DNA of 57,230 bases, taken from Octopus sinensis. Its lineage: Eukaryota. The position numbers and the translations under genes were made by a program. The notes beneath the pieces are model-generated. The model had not been told where the DNA came from. It searched no databases and was given only the letters and a program-made list of their open reading frames with translations. This document shows positions 13,211 to 26,459 of the stretch, in pieces; position 1 is the stretch's first letter, and the number at the start of each line of letters is the position of its first letter. The stretch spans positions 1 to 57,230 of the forward strand of contig NW_021833631.1 in NCBI RefSeq assembly GCF_006345805.1, in the 5' to 3' direction.

Positions 13211-13340
13211 AAATTCCGCCGACCTCGACTTTGCTTTTCATCCTTTCGGGGTCAATAAATTAAATACTAGTTGCATACTGGGGTCAATCTAATCGACTGC
13301 CCCCCTCCCTAGGCTTTGTGCTTAGAGTAGAAAAGAATAT
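13211..13340 (+). mobile_element. SINE family 2, 5'-truncated
   Basis: aaattccgccgacctcgactttgcttttcatcctttcggggtcaataaattaa...ctggggtcaatctaatcgact. Confidence 0.85.
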
Positions 13341-13805
13341 ATTTCGTTAAATATACATACAGTATATATAAAATATTTGTTATTATGATTTTAAAAATTG
13401 TGCTATAAATTTAGCGAAACATTATAATGATACATACTCAATTATTGTAATAAAAAATAAAATTATGCTACAGAATTTAGCAATGATTGGCGTATAAAAA
13501 AAACATATTATGATACTGTATAATATTTAAATCTTTAAACGATATAAATTTCGTATATCATTTAAATTTGTTGTAGCATTACATAGATAGCTATTTGACA
13601 ATTATACAACAATGAAACAACAAACAGCAAAATTATTAACTGAACTTCTTTTTCAAGGATATATATATATATATATTATATATATATATATATATATAAG
13701 TGAATTGAAAAAGGCTATTATTCAGAACTGCTTGTAAACTGAAATGAACGACAAAAATATAAAATTTAGTGTTTTATGTTAGAAGTTAGCAATAGATGTA
13801 CAGTT

Positions 13806-13855
<50 letters not shown>

Positions 13856-14109
13856 TTTCTCTCCCTTTCTTCTCTCTCTATATATCAAGTACAGAAATTA
13901 ATCGTAACTCAAAGTGCTCAGTGCCATGTATTTATACAACAGACTTTAAGAATAACATACTAAATATCCTACAAACACGCACTTGACACAACTAGGGCCG
14001 TATCACAATAACTAGCACTTCTATTTAGTGCCAGAAAATGTGTCAGTTCCTAAAAACTGCCGACGATCTTGAAGTCTTAATTGAAGCCCACAATTAAGTA
14101 ATTTTTCTA

Positions 14110-15120
14110 TATGTAATACAATGCTGTTGACAGACACACTGACATCCTGGATCGCATCTGTAGAAGGCTGCTCGGTTGATTAGCGTTCCAACACTTACGG
14201 ACACACTCTCATATCTGGCCCTCAGATTTGGTTGGTCTCGTATTTTCACCACCCAACCAACCCCATCCCACAAGCCTCTCTACCTTACGCCTAAAGCTCT
14301 TTCTCCACACTAACTGCAAATTCTAATCCTTCATCTTCAAAGCATTGATCCTCTGGAAGCTCATCATAGCTTCTGACCTTCTTGTTTATCGTGGACCAGC
14401 AATTGTTCAGATAGAATAATAATGAAATCAAACTTAACAGTCTCGGAAGGCTCCTTCTTTCAGACTCGGTAAGTATAACAACGCTTGCCATTTGTACCTA
14501 TAATTGTAGATCTTTGGTAGGGAGAACAAACCAGAAAGACCCATCCAATGCAAGAGAAAAAAGAAAAATCAAAACCGATGTGCTATGGCTCTGTGAAAGC
14601 ATCGAAAGTAAGAAATGAACGTGAGATAGGCAGATGGAAGTGTCGTGAAACTGGGAAAAGCGGAATGCACGAGAATAACAGGTGGTATAGAGCTCATCAT
14701 ACGCAAAGGAAAGGTTTCGAAAATTATTTCTTACTAAATGCCTTCATCACACATAAGAGTGCTAAACATTCGTCTCTCAAGAAATGCCACCCCGAAAATC
14801 ATCAAGATCTATGCTTCCATGAATATATGAGTGAAGATTACGAAGTGGCAGAATTTTACAAAGAACTAGAGAAAGCGCTAGCTCACAGATCTACTTACAC
14901 CATAGTGATCAACACAAAAGTTGGAAAAGAATGACGCAGAGAGAAATATGTTCGTAAATTAGGATCAGGAAAGGGAAACAAAAAAATGGAGAAAGTTTGG
15001 TTATTGTGGCAGAAACAAGATGACTTTATATTGGGAACAGCCTATTCAGGAAGCTATCTGGAAGGAGATAGACCTGGACAGCCAGCCCCAAACGTTCAGC
15101 ACACAAAGAAAAATGAAATA
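14110..15120 (+). mobile_element. RTE-type LINE 5' fragment, decayed AP endonuclease
   Basis: TLAICTYNCRSL and EVAEFYKELEKAL...YTIVI-NTKVGK...KYVRKLGSGKGN motifs resemble RTE-clade APE; multiple stops and frameshifts. Confidence 0.8.
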
Positions 15121-15299
15121 TATATATAAAAGGAGAGTGAGGGATAGATAGATATATATATAGAGAGAGACAGGGGGGAGGGAGGGGAAAGAGAGATATA
15201 GTCAGTTATCAACAAATGATTTACATTCAATTTCTTGCTCTGTATGACATTCTTTAATATATTAAATAAAAAGTGATATCAAGCTGTTGCGTTGCATGT

Positions 15300-16085
15300 T
15301 TTTTTTAAAATTGATTCAGTCATTAGATAGCGTCCACGCTGGGGCACCGCTTTGAAGAATTTTAGTCGAATGAATCGACTCCAGTACTTTGTTTTTTGAA
15401 GCCTGGTACTTATTCCATCTTTTCTTTTGCCGAACCACTAAATTACAAGCAAGTAAACACACCAACACCAATTATCAAGTGATAGTTAGGGGCAAACACA
15501 GACATAAAAATGCATACACAGATGTATTTGAAGCACTCCGTCGGTTACGACGACGAGGGTTCCGGTTGATCCGAATCAACGGAACAGCCTGCTCATGAAA
15601 TTAACGTGTAAGTGGCTGAGCACTCCACAGACACGTGTACCCTTAACGTAGTTCTCGGGGATATTCAGCGTGACACAGAGAGTGACAAGGCCGGCCCTTT
15701 GAAATACAGGTACAACAGAAACAGGAAGTAAGAGTGAGAGAAAGATGTGGTGAAAGAGTACAGCAGGGATCACCACCATCCCCTGCCGGAGCTGCGTGGA
15801 GCTTTAGGTGTTTTCGCTCAATAAACACTCACAACGCCCGGTCTGGGAATCGAAACCGCGATCCTATGACCGCGAGTCCGCTGCCCTAACCACTTGGCCA
15901 TTGCGCCTCCACACACACTGATGTATATAGTATATACGACGGGATTCTTTGGAGTGCTGTTGACCAAATCCACTTGCCAGTCTTTTGTCGGCCCAAGGCT
16001 AATGTAGAAGACATTAGCCCCAAGGTGCCACGCAGTGGGCCTGAATCCGTAAGCAAACTTCTTACCACCCAGCCACGCCTGCGTC
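15300..16085 (-). mobile_element. SINE family 1, split by a nested SINE
   Basis: 5' half at ~15945-16085 and 3' half at ~15300-15510, both on the minus strand. Confidence 0.75.
15522..15910 (-). mobile_element. SINE family 3 (tRNA head ggaggcgcaatggccaagtggttagggcagcggactc; tail ggaaccctcgtcgtcgtaaccgacggagtgc)
   Basis: A box TGGCCAAGTGG and B box GGTTTCGATTCCC on the minus strand; ~390 bp. Confidence 0.85.
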
Positions 16086-16179
16086 TATGACAGCATTTTA
16101 CCGACCAAAATCTGGCCGTTGCTCTTAGCTTAATAACATTTCTATTTGACTTATTGCTTCGAAATGTGCTGCTTCTCAG

Positions 16180-16324
16180 GAATATATAATGAAGTGATAA
16201 GGCAATTACACCCATCACCTTGGCTAGAATTTTATCCAAAATCCTCAGTTAATCTTATAAATTCTGAATTAATGATAATTTATATAAGTTGCATAAGCGT
16301 TTCCTTCGAACTTCCTACTTCACG
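16180..16324 (+). other. Candidate 145-bp exon (GIYNEVIRQLHPSPWLEFYPK...LPTS)
   Basis: Acceptor ctgcttctcAG and donor ACG|GTAAGA; open frame across the segment; no recognisable domain. Confidence 0.2.
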
Positions 16325-16723
16325 GTAAGAATACGTAAGTACTTCTAGAGTTCACTAGGTACAGCAAATTTAGTTTCATGAAGATATTTTTGAGATAGAT
16401 GCATGAAAATATCACATACATATGAACACTCATACATAAATCCAAGCATATCTGTATGGATGTATATATGTACGTACGTACGACAATCTTTTGCATACAT
16501 TCTACTTTTTCAATTTCGATCGTAATGCATTGCTCAACTCGAGGCTTAGTTGAAAACATTTCCACAAGATGTTAAACAATATGATCAAATCCGAAACCAT
16601 ATGGCTGAAAATCGAACCTCTAAATCACATTGCCATCCCTTCGTTTATGTTCTCGTGTATATATGTGTGCGTATGTGCGTATGCGTGTGTGTGTGTAGAC
16701 ATGTACATAAAAACATGCATGCA

Positions 16724-16754
<31 letters not shown>

Positions 16755-16894
16755 TTATATACACGCACACATATATATATAAATATATATACATTTGCTA
16801 CACCAAACACAAAAATTCACGCGGGCGCGCGCACACACACAGACACTCACGCGCGCACATACACACATACACACATGTGCTTCTATTTTAGGAA

Positions 16895-16950
<56 letters not shown>

Positions 16951-17159
16951 TGCCCGCATGAATAACAGCTATCATGCATGGATGCATTATTAATTAGTTC
17001 TTGGTTTTAGGTGCACGAGTTAATTTATTATGAATATCACTTAAAGATTCAAATGGTATGAACAAAAATCGCCTAATAAATTAATGCTAGACAGCTATAA
17101 ATGAACAATCTTGAATAACACAACAACCACTACGATAATAACAATAACAATAATAGTAA

Positions 17160-17210
17160 TGATGATGATGGTAATAATAATAATAACAACAACAACAATA
17201 ATAATAATAA

Positions 17211-17244
<34 letters not shown>

Positions 17245-17250
17245 GTAGTA

Positions 17251-17314
<64 letters not shown>

Positions 17315-17345
17315 CAACAACAACAACAATAACAGCAAGAAGAAG
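17160..17345. repeat. (AAT)n/(AAC)n microsatellite
   Basis: Seen directly. Confidence 0.97.
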
Positions 17346-17548
17346 AACTCTTCAATATTTATCTAGCAATTGTTTTTGTTTGTTATTGTATATGATCACT
17401 TTATTTATTATTTCGACGCATTCAACTGTGCAGTGGATGCACACTTTTGTGTCACTGTAACGCGTGTATGCACTTTTGCTTCGGCCATTATTCCCATTAT
17501 ATTTTTTACATTATATTCTGGCGAGTGTCGGTTGGAGGTCCCGCTTAC

Positions 17549-17611
17549 GAAAATAATCGTACATTGTGGAAGATGAAGTATTCTATGGCATTTAAAGTGA
17601 TGTAGCTGAAT
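17549..17611 (-). other. Candidate 63-bp exon
   Basis: Pyrimidine-rich tract, branch-like ctaatc, cAG acceptor; donor TTC|GTAAGC. Confidence 0.2.
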
Positions 17612-18199
17612 CTGTGATTAGTGAAACAGGGCAATGGAAGGCGGGTGCGGGGGGGGGGAACGAAGAAAATAGTAAGAGAAAGAAGATGAAAAGAGAAGGA
17701 GACGAGAAGGAGGAAGGGTGGACAAAGAGGAGGATGAAGAGAAGGAGAAAAAAGAAGAAATATAGGAAGAGAAAAAGGAGGTGGAGATGATGAAGAAGAA
17801 GAAGAAGAAGAAACAGTAGGAGGAGGAGGAGGGAAATACTACAGCAGATGAATGCGATATAGAAGTACAAAAAGATGAGCTAAATAGAGAAATAGAGAGT
17901 AGAAAAGAACAGTGGAGGGGAAAAATGGTAATAAAAGTAAGGAGGAAAAAAACAAACAAAGCATGCTGCATTTGATGTGTAATTGTCCGCTTCTAAAGAG
18001 AACAATGTAGCTGTTATTGAAAACTTCCTCTCTAACTAAAGAGGTTATGATTTGAAAAATCGCGGACGCAATTAATCTACAGCGCGTTTCAGCTTAATCG
18101 GTAATCAGTGAGCCAAGGTCGGCGATGTGTATCTTCAGGGAATTCTCAATGGCCCATCTATCCCGTCAGCAAGTCAGGCAGCAAACCGGCAAGCTAGCC

Positions 18200-18291
18200 A
18201 GGCTTTTATTATTATATCATTATTATTATTATTATTATCATTGTTGTTGTTGTTGTTGTTATTATTATTATCATCATTGTCATTATTATCA

Positions 18292-18326
<35 letters not shown>

Positions 18327-18389
18327 TTATCATCATTATTATTATTATCATTGTCATTATTATTATTATTATTGTTATTATTATTATTA

Positions 18390-18440
<51 letters not shown>

Positions 18441-18455
18441 CATTATTATTATTAA
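18200..18455. repeat. (TAT)n/(CAT)n microsatellite
   Basis: Seen directly. Confidence 0.97.
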
Positions 18456-18758
18456 TTTATATGTCACTGTTATGTTTTGGCTCGTTGGTGTGTTTTTCTT
18501 GTTGGTTGGTTGGTTGGCTACACGTCTCGGTTCAGCAGCCATTTTGATTTACTGTGCTAATGCATTATCGCACTGTTTTCCAGGTAGTCTGCATTGCATG
18601 CGTCCAGTTGATGAGAAAGCAATTTTCTTCGTCTAAGTTAAATAAAATAAATGAATATATAAATAAAATATTAGAAAAGAAAAGGGAAAACAAATGGACA
18701 ACATGAGCAGTGAGTGTTTATTGTTATATAGTTTTGTTGTTGTTTTTCTTTATCTATA

Positions 18759-18848
18759 GATTTCTTCAAGTTAACCCAGTCATTCAGTAGTCGTGTGCGT
18801 TTAAACCTGGCCATCTGGTGCATCGAATTTCATCTGATATCACGTCAA
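18759..18848 (-). promoter_or_regulatory. Conserved promoter/enhancer-like element, copy A
   Basis: Minus strand TTGACGTGATATCA-gatg-AAATTCGAT-g-CACCAGATGGC-cagg-TTTAAA-c-GCACACGACTACTG-aatgactg-GGTTAACTTGAAGA; block-identical to 46499-46578. Regulatory function is inferred. Confidence 0.45.
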
Positions 18849-19019
18849 TGTGCTTGACTTTTTTTCTTCAATAGACGACAAGCAACGTCACACAATCTTT
18901 TCTTGCCCTCTCTTGCACCCATATACTCTCACTCGCTACTGCTTTTATTGCAGCACAGCACAATGCCTCCGTCGCTGCCGTTCCGCCGCTACCGCCACAT
19001 ACGTCGACAATGCCATATA

Positions 19020-19292
19020 CGTCACCACCACCACCACCATTACCGCCACTACCACCAACACCATTACTACAACAACTGTCACAACGACGATGACGACGAC
19101 CACCGCCATCACCAGCACAACCAGCACCAGCACCAGCACCACCAGCACCACCACCACCAGCACCACCACCACTACCACCACCATCATCACTTTCGCTTCT
19201 ACCACCATCTTCACTATCAAAATCACACTCACCATTACAACCACTATCACCACTGTACTTCCACCATCACCACCACCACCACCACCACCACC

Positions 19293-19340
<48 letters not shown>

Positions 19341-19345
19341 ACTTC
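19020..19345. repeat. (CAC)n/(CAA)n low-complexity tract
   Basis: Seen directly; explains the Thr/Pro-rich ORF 18850-19704. Confidence 0.95.
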
Positions 19346-20492
19346 CCACTGCTAACACCAACACTGTCACTACGGCTACCATCATAACCATTATTTCTAC
19401 CACTATCAACATTCCTGTTACCTTCACTACTGATAATAATACTCTACAAATACTATCACCGTATGACCATTCCATTCTCACTCTTTCCTCTCACTCACTC
19501 ACTCTCTCTCACACACACACACACTCTCTCTCTCTCTCTCTATTTCTCTCTCTGTCTCTCTATTTCATTTTCTGTCCCTTCTCTCACACATTCGTTCACT
19601 TTCTCTCACAAGGAGACTATCTTCATCACATTTTCGCTTATCGTTCCTACACCCTCTTTTCTTTCTCTCTATATGATTCGCACTATCTTACATGCATATA
19701 TTGATATCATCTTTCTCTATCCAACTCATTCCCTCTCTTGACTTCTTTTTCTTTTTCTTCCTTTACTTTCTTTCATTTTTCTTCTTTTTTTTTTCTTTCT
19801 TTCTCTCCCTTGTTCCGCCTATTATTTCTCCTCCACTCTTTGTCCTATTGTATTCACCCACTATTCCCTATGGTGGAGCTCATATCCACCCCGAGGGTAT
19901 CGTTAATGTTTGATCTCAAACAGAAATAATGATTATTATTAATTTCTCTGCGTCCCTACCCAAACACTACCACCAGCGTTTCCAACACCACCACCACCTT
20001 CACTAACACCACTGTCACTACTATCGTCCAGTGACAAGTCTCCTGTTACACACACGTTTAAACGCTGGCACACGTACACTAAAAATGTCTTAAGTACACA
20101 CACACAAAAGGATTCATTCATTCTTTCTACAGATATACAAACATACACACACGCTTCCATACATATAAATACAAATTTATACAAGCATGTGTATATAAAA
20201 CATCCATTTGATGACACACGCGCGCACGTACAGATGTACGTAGAGGTGCAGATGTACATAAATGTATGTGAATTATAAGGAAACATAGATATGCATATAT
20301 GTAAGTCGTAGTAAATCTTGGATTGGCTTAGGGCTCATCTATAATGCAATGAAACCACTTAAGTCATATTTTGCGACTCCTGAGCCCACTCGTGTAGAGA
20401 GATGTTTAATGACAACTGAGCATCACTGGTTTGTTTCATATTACTTAAAGATATTTGTCTAGATAACGTTTGAAAGCATCGGAAACGTGATT

Positions 20493-20494
<2 letters not shown>

Positions 20495-20548
<54 letters not shown>

Positions 20549-20585
20549 GCTATCTATCTATCAATCTATCTATCTATCTATCTAA

Positions 20586-20642
<57 letters not shown>

Positions 20643-20735
20643 CATTCATCTATCTGTCTGTCTGCCTGACTGTTCTGCCTGTCTGTCTGTCTGTCTGTCT
20701 GTCTGTATCTATCTATCGATCTATCTATCTGTCTG
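20495..20735. repeat. (TATC)n/(TGTC)n microsatellite
   Basis: Seen directly. Confidence 0.97.
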
Positions 20736-20841
20736 TGTGTGTGTGTGTCTGCATGTCTCTGTTCTACCCCCTCTCGCTTCTGTATCATATATACACATAT
20801 AGTCTTATATATATATATATGTGGTGTGTATTTATATATAT

Positions 20842-20883
<42 letters not shown>

Positions 20884-20890
20884 ATATATA

Positions 20891-20923
<33 letters not shown>

Positions 20924-20929
20924 TATATA

Positions 20930-21095
20930 GGCGTAGGCCTGGCTGTGTGGTAAGAAGTTTTCTCACCAGCCACATGGTCTGGCTTCAGTTCCACTGCGTG
21001 GCACCTTGGGCAAGTGCCTTCTATTATAGCCTCGGGCACACCAAAGCCTTGTGAGTGGATTTGGTAGGCTGAAAGCAACCCGTCGTATAAAAGTA

Positions 21096-21143
<48 letters not shown>

Positions 21144-21335
21144 TTTGTCCAGCTCCCTCTGCGCCTTCGCTTGACAACCATTGCTGGTGTATTCATGTCC
21201 CCTTAAATCTGTGGCTCGGCAAAAGAGACCGATAGAATAAGTCCTGGGGTCGATTTGTTTGACTTAAGCCCCTTAAGGCAGTGCTCCACCATGGCTGTAG
21301 TCAAATGATTGAAACAAGTAAAAGAATAAAAGAAT
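20930..21335 (+). mobile_element. SINE family 1, full-length
   Basis: Head gcgtaggcctggctgtgtggtaagaag, internal (TG)n, tail aaaagaataaaagaat. Confidence 0.9.
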
Positions 21336-21424
21336 GCACACGTATATATGTATGTGTCTATGCATTCTATGTGTGTGTATGTGTGTATGCATACAGCCAT
21401 GTAAACACACACATGCTGTTCGTG

Positions 21425-21570
21425 AAATTTTTCCTTCTCTGGACTTTCCCATTTCATTTTCTGACGAAGTGCGATACTCGAAACGTCAAAAACCCATCCT
21501 TTTTTTCCACTTTTACCGATCGTCAGACTAATATATTCTATGTGCACGTCTCCTTGTTGCTTTGGTAATG
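21425..21570 (+). mobile_element. Solo PLE terminal repeat with minimal HHR (21457-21491)
   Basis: tttt CTGACGA a gtgcgatactc GAAACGTC aaaa; similar to 9040-9170 and 31620-31730. Confidence 0.7.
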
Positions 21571-21748
21571 TTAATTTTAATGTTCCATTGTTAATATTCA
21601 ACTTCAAATATTCTATTGGACTATGATATATATATACACACATATATATAATATTATATATATATATATATTATATATAATATAATATATACATACAACA
21701 TACATTACATACAACATACATACATACATACATACATACATACATACA

Positions 21749-21774
<26 letters not shown>

Positions 21775-21779
<5 letters not shown>

Positions 21780-21890
21780 GAAAACTTTTACTTGTTTCAG
21801 TCATTAGATTGCAGCAATACTGGGACACCGTTTGAAAGATTTTAGTCGAAGGAATTGGCCTGAGTACTTATTTTTTAAACCTGGTACTTA
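21775..21890 (-). mobile_element. SINE family 1, 3' fragment
   Basis: ttttacttgtttcagtcattagattgcagcaatactgggacaccg...ttagtcgaa. Confidence 0.75.
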
Positions 21891-22436
21891 AAGCGAGGAG
21901 CCGCTTTACGGGACACCAATTTTTCGAGTTTTATGTTTCAATCGCAAACCTAAATTTTGAACAAAGTGCAAAAGTTTCTAATACCGTAACAAATGCTTCT
22001 GCGTCTAAGTGAGAAATTTATAGAGTGTGAAAAAAAAATGCTTCTTCTACGCAAATAATTATAGACTTGTTTTTTTAAAAAGAAATCTACAAGTCCGTCT
22101 ACGAATGCTTGTGAATCGGCGATCGCGTGTACAAGTGATGGTGTGTGTGAGTCTAGTACGAGTGAAAGTGATTAAGAAAATTATTATAATAATAATATTC
22201 TTTATCATAAATGATCTTGACATTCTTTTTACTTTACATAAAATATTTTTACATTCTCCTGTTGTTTTATTGCCATTTATTTATGAGTATTTTAAATTTT
22301 ATAGGTAAAAATATTTATTTTTCTGGGAATGAATTACGATTCATAACATGGGAAATTATTGCTCTGATTCATAAGTTCTCGTTTTACGAGTGGTCTCTGG
22401 TAACAAATCAAGTCGTATATCGAGGCATTTCTGTAA

Positions 22437-22487
<51 letters not shown>

Positions 22488-22689
22488 ATTTTTTTTTTCA
22501 TAATGAGATAAAAGAACCAAGGCTGTGTAGATTTTAGAACATTTATAGACAGAAGGTATTACAGCTGTTTCCAGGATATTTATTATATCCCTTCATCGGA
22601 GATGGTGAGAGGATGGTTAAATAATAGTTAATTTAGATAAGATACAAATATATATATATTATATATATATATATACTATATATAATATA

Positions 22690-22800
22690 TATAAAACTGA
22701 TTTTTTTCAGTTTCTGCCTACCAAATCCACTGACAGGGCTTTGATTGGTCCAGGATTATTTGGAAGATATTTACCCCATAGTGGGACTGAACCCGGAACC
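22690..22800 (-). mobile_element. SINE family 1, 5' fragment
   Basis: cagtttctgcctaccaaatccactgacagggcttt...gtgggactgaacccggaacc. Confidence 0.8.
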
Positions 22801-22949
22801 ACACACCGAAACACACACATAGACAAACATATATGTGTACTTTCTCTACTTCTTTTTTTCATTTTCAAATAGAAAGTCTTGTATACTCATGTATGTGTTT
22901 ACGTATATGTATGTTACGTATATATATGTATATAAGCATGCATGCATAT

Positions 22950-23090
22950 GTGGTAAGAAGCTTGCTTCTCAGCTACACGGGTTCAGGTTCAGTCCCACTG
23001 TGTGGTACCTTGGGCAAGAGTCTTCTATTATAATCTCGGCCTTGTGAGTGGATTTGGTAGACGAAACTGAAAGAAGACCGTTGTATAAAT
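22950..23090 (+). mobile_element. SINE family 1, 5' fragment
   Basis: tgtggtaagaagcttgcttc...ggttcagtcccactgtgtggtaccttgggcaag...gatttggtagacgaaactgaaagaag. Confidence 0.85.
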
Positions 23091-23218
23091 ATATGTACAC
23101 ATTGTAGTTGATAAAGCCTACACACACAAAGAATGATACGATTAGTTCCAACTCATAGACACAGACACACATGATAGTCACATACTAATATATTTACATA
23201 TACAGACACAGAGAAATA

Positions 23219-24354
23219 CGAAGGTCAGCTGAAATGTTCATAGTCTGACCAAAATGCTTTCATGGAGTATAACCAAAGGATGTTTATTTTTCGACTTAGT
23301 CGAACAGATGATAAAAGAGATGATAGTCAAATTGGGCCAAATTAGGAGAATGGGAAGTGTGATCAACCAGCTCAGAACCAACAGCAACAGCAGCCACTGA
23401 AATCAAGGACTTTTATGCTGGAGCATTGTCCTAATGAGATGAAACCTCTTTCGTCAGTTTTCCTGGGCATTTGGGCTTGATAGCCTTTCGTAGCTGACTC
23501 AGCAAGTTGGCATAGTACTTTCCATTGATCGTGTTGCTCTTTTCAAGAAAGTCAATAAACACTATGCTTTTTGCATCCGAAAAATCTAAGGCTGTCACTT
23601 TACCTGCGGATAAAGCGATCTTGGCCTTTTTTCGAACAAGTGAAGGGGTGTTTCCACTGCCCGGCTTGTCTCTGGATCAAAGTGATGAACACAACACTCA
23701 TTCTGGCTAAAGGAACTTCAAGGAAACCAGGTCGATCTGGTCAAGCAATGTCAGATATTTCCGTGATGTGATCAGCCTGGTGCGCTTTTGATCAGATGTA
23801 AGAAAACGTAGTAATCACCGAGCAGAAACCGTCATGTCAAATTCATTGTACAAAATATTTTCAACTCTGTCACGGGATATGTTAATAGCATCGACTATTT
23901 GATTTATAGTCAATAGCCTGTTATCCATCAACATGTGGTGAACATGATCAATGTTTACCTAAGTGGTGGCAGTTGCAGGAGGTCTCGACCTTGGGTCGTC
24001 TTCAAGACTCTTCCTTCTCTTCCTAAGTTCAGCTACTGAATTTTGTACTCTTGATAAAGCTAGGGCACCCCCACCCCACTAATGTATCAACCATGTCAGC
24101 ATGCATGTCTCTGGAGGCTAAACCGTTATTTCCGCATGTACTTGATAATACCACGATGCCGAATTTTGTCCATTTTCAAGAAAAGTCGCTACTAGTTACT
24201 TTTGAAGTCTTCTTTGAACAGTGAGATATCAGTTTACCTGGGAAAAAAAAAAACAATGCAGTTATTAATAAGACGGGTTGAAATTAATGCAAGCAAGATT
24301 TCACAGCTCTAGCATCATTTTTTGTCAGCCTATGAACTTTTCAGCTTACCCTCG
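23219..24354 (-). mobile_element. Mariner element, 1136 bp, 31-bp TIRs, TA target duplication, decayed transposase starting at ATG 24173
   Basis: cgaaggtcagctgaaatgttcatagtctgac vs reverse complement of the right end cgagggtaagctgaaaagttcataggctgac (4 mismatches). Translation gives MDKIRHRGIIKY...EDDPRSRPPAT. Confidence 0.92.
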
Positions 24355-24517
24355 TACATTCACATAGCACTGTAATGCTATGTGAAAATCATAGCTACGT
24401 AAATCATAGGTGCACACTAGGTCTTAAGACGTTATAGAAGTTAATGGTAAGAGCTGGATCTGTCATAAATTAACTTTTTAAAAGACAAACCTAAACAGCA
24501 AAATGTGTGTGTGTGTA

Positions 24518-24519
<2 letters not shown>

Positions 24520-24571
<52 letters not shown>

Positions 24572-24574
24572 GAG

Positions 24575-24629
<55 letters not shown>

Positions 24630-24712
24630 GGAGAGAAAGACAGAGAGAAGGAAAGAGAGAGAGAGAAGAGAGACAGACTGACAGAAGGAGAGAGAGAGAG
24701 AGAGAGAGAGAC
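24520..24712. repeat. (GA)n microsatellite
   Basis: Seen directly. Confidence 0.97.
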
Positions 24713-25089
24713 AAATAAACAGGTATGCAAATAGACAGACATAAACAGAGATAAATATATTATAGAATATTATATAAGCATAAATGATACTGAGGCAAAA
24801 AAAAATGAAGAGAACGTAATCGATGGACACGACGACGATGATGACGATGACGATGACGATGATGATGATTTTCTTTTTCTTTCCCCTTATTTTCCTCTTC
24901 ATCTACATCATCATGATTATCTTCATTATCATCATCATCATCATCAATCTTAACATCAAGCTGATAGGACTTCTATAAATTCGCTTGACTTGCTAAAATT
25001 AACGGCCAGATCTCTTTTAGTATTTTAGTATTTTGTCTTTAAAAGAAAGCAATTCATTGGATACGGTTCAGGGTATTAAGAATTGGTCA

Positions 25090-25200
25090 TTATCACAACA
25101 ACAACCATCATCATCATCGTCATCGTCTTCGTCGTCGTCATCGTAGTCGACGTCGTCGTCATCATCATCGTCGTCATCATCGTCGTCGTCACCATCACCG

Positions 25201-25251
<51 letters not shown>

Positions 25252-25266
25252 ACAACAACAACAACA
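25090..25266. repeat. (CAT)n/(CGT)n microsatellite
   Basis: Seen directly. Confidence 0.97.
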
Positions 25267-26379
25267 GCTGACTCATTAACAGCAGAGATTTTTAATTGAA
25301 TAGGTTCAAACCAAATACTGAAATCATTTAGTTTAGCGCAATACCATATTTGTCAAAGCGCTGCTACTTTCGCGAGAGATGTTAGGAAAGCTATTGCAGA
25401 ATAGTTAAACAACTCACATTAAATACTGAACTTAATGATAATAATAAGATAATAGTTATCAATATATTTACTTTCTGAATACTCTTTTACAGCTATAATA
25501 GAATAAACTTAGATAAGCTAATGGAATATCTTAGATAAAATAACCAGGAAGGTGGTGTCAGAGTTACATATCGACCGCCTTAAATCAGACACTGATTTAA
25601 TATATCTACTTTGTGCACGTTCAGTCGTCTTTATACTGATATAGAACTGTTTCAAACTAATCATAGCGGGTCAGAAAAGTATTTAAATGAAAATAAGAGG
25701 AGTCTAATAATTAATTTTTTTAAGTGAACAAAATTACTCTCAAGTAAGGAAACAAGGATAGTAAATTATGATACTGAAGACAAAAAATATTGCCCAATAT
25801 TCCGACGGAAAAGATAAAAAACGGAAACGAAAGTTATGGGACGGGTATTCAAATTGTAATGTGATAAAATAATCAAGTCAGCTGTGGTTAGAATCGAGTG
25901 ACGAATGAAAAAAGATTGCATGAGAAAGACATTTCAGCTTCTCGAGCACGAAATTTTGCTATAGGTAGGATGGAAATGTTCCAAATGTTAAATTAATGGA
26001 CTTGGATTAAAGGTGATATAAAAAGGAATGCATGTTTGGTTACGGCTCTGATGTTGTTGGTGGGCTGTTGTACAATTATTTGTGTTGATAGCGCTGATGG
26101 TAGCGGTGTCAGTGGTGTTGTTGCTATAGTTGTGTATAGCCAGAATACAGGTTTCACTGAGAAAATCTGTAGCTTACACAACTCTAGATCAAGATATGAC
26201 ACACATCTAATTATATATTTCAAGATAGTACTGCACATTTCGTCGTCAGTAATGAATTATTTACGGTGCCGTGTGGAAGTTTTGTAATGTTGCGTTCCAT
26301 TTCTATTTTTGTGTAAACACTTGTAATAACCATAACAGTAATATGTGCAGTAATATAGGTGTGTATGTGTGTATATATG

Positions 26380-26427
<48 letters not shown>

Positions 26428-26459
26428 TGTGTATGTATATACACACACACTCACACATA

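Noticed and set aside
14200-14300. HDV-like ribozyme in the RTE 5' region (also sought at the R4/Dong 5' ends)
   Set aside because: I could not assemble the nested P1-P2-P3-P1.1 pseudoknot by eye.
15830-15910. Genuine tRNA genes at SINE heads
   Set aside because: They lack a full cloverleaf and are contiguous with SINE bodies present in multiple or decayed copies.
18850-19704. 284-aa Thr/Pro-rich mucin-like ORF
   Set aside because: It is explained by (CAC)/(CAA)/(CT) simple repeats and starts at TTG/GTG-type codons, with no splice or domain support.
22555-22600. Functional hammerhead on the minus strand
   Set aside because: Core, stem II and palindromic stem III are present but stem I cannot form; counted only as a relic.
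25990-26175. Minus-strand terminal exon (DFLSETCILAIHN...)
   Set aside because: It is phase-compatible with 45501-45624, but the acceptor lacks a pyrimidine tract and the peptide is unrecognisable.
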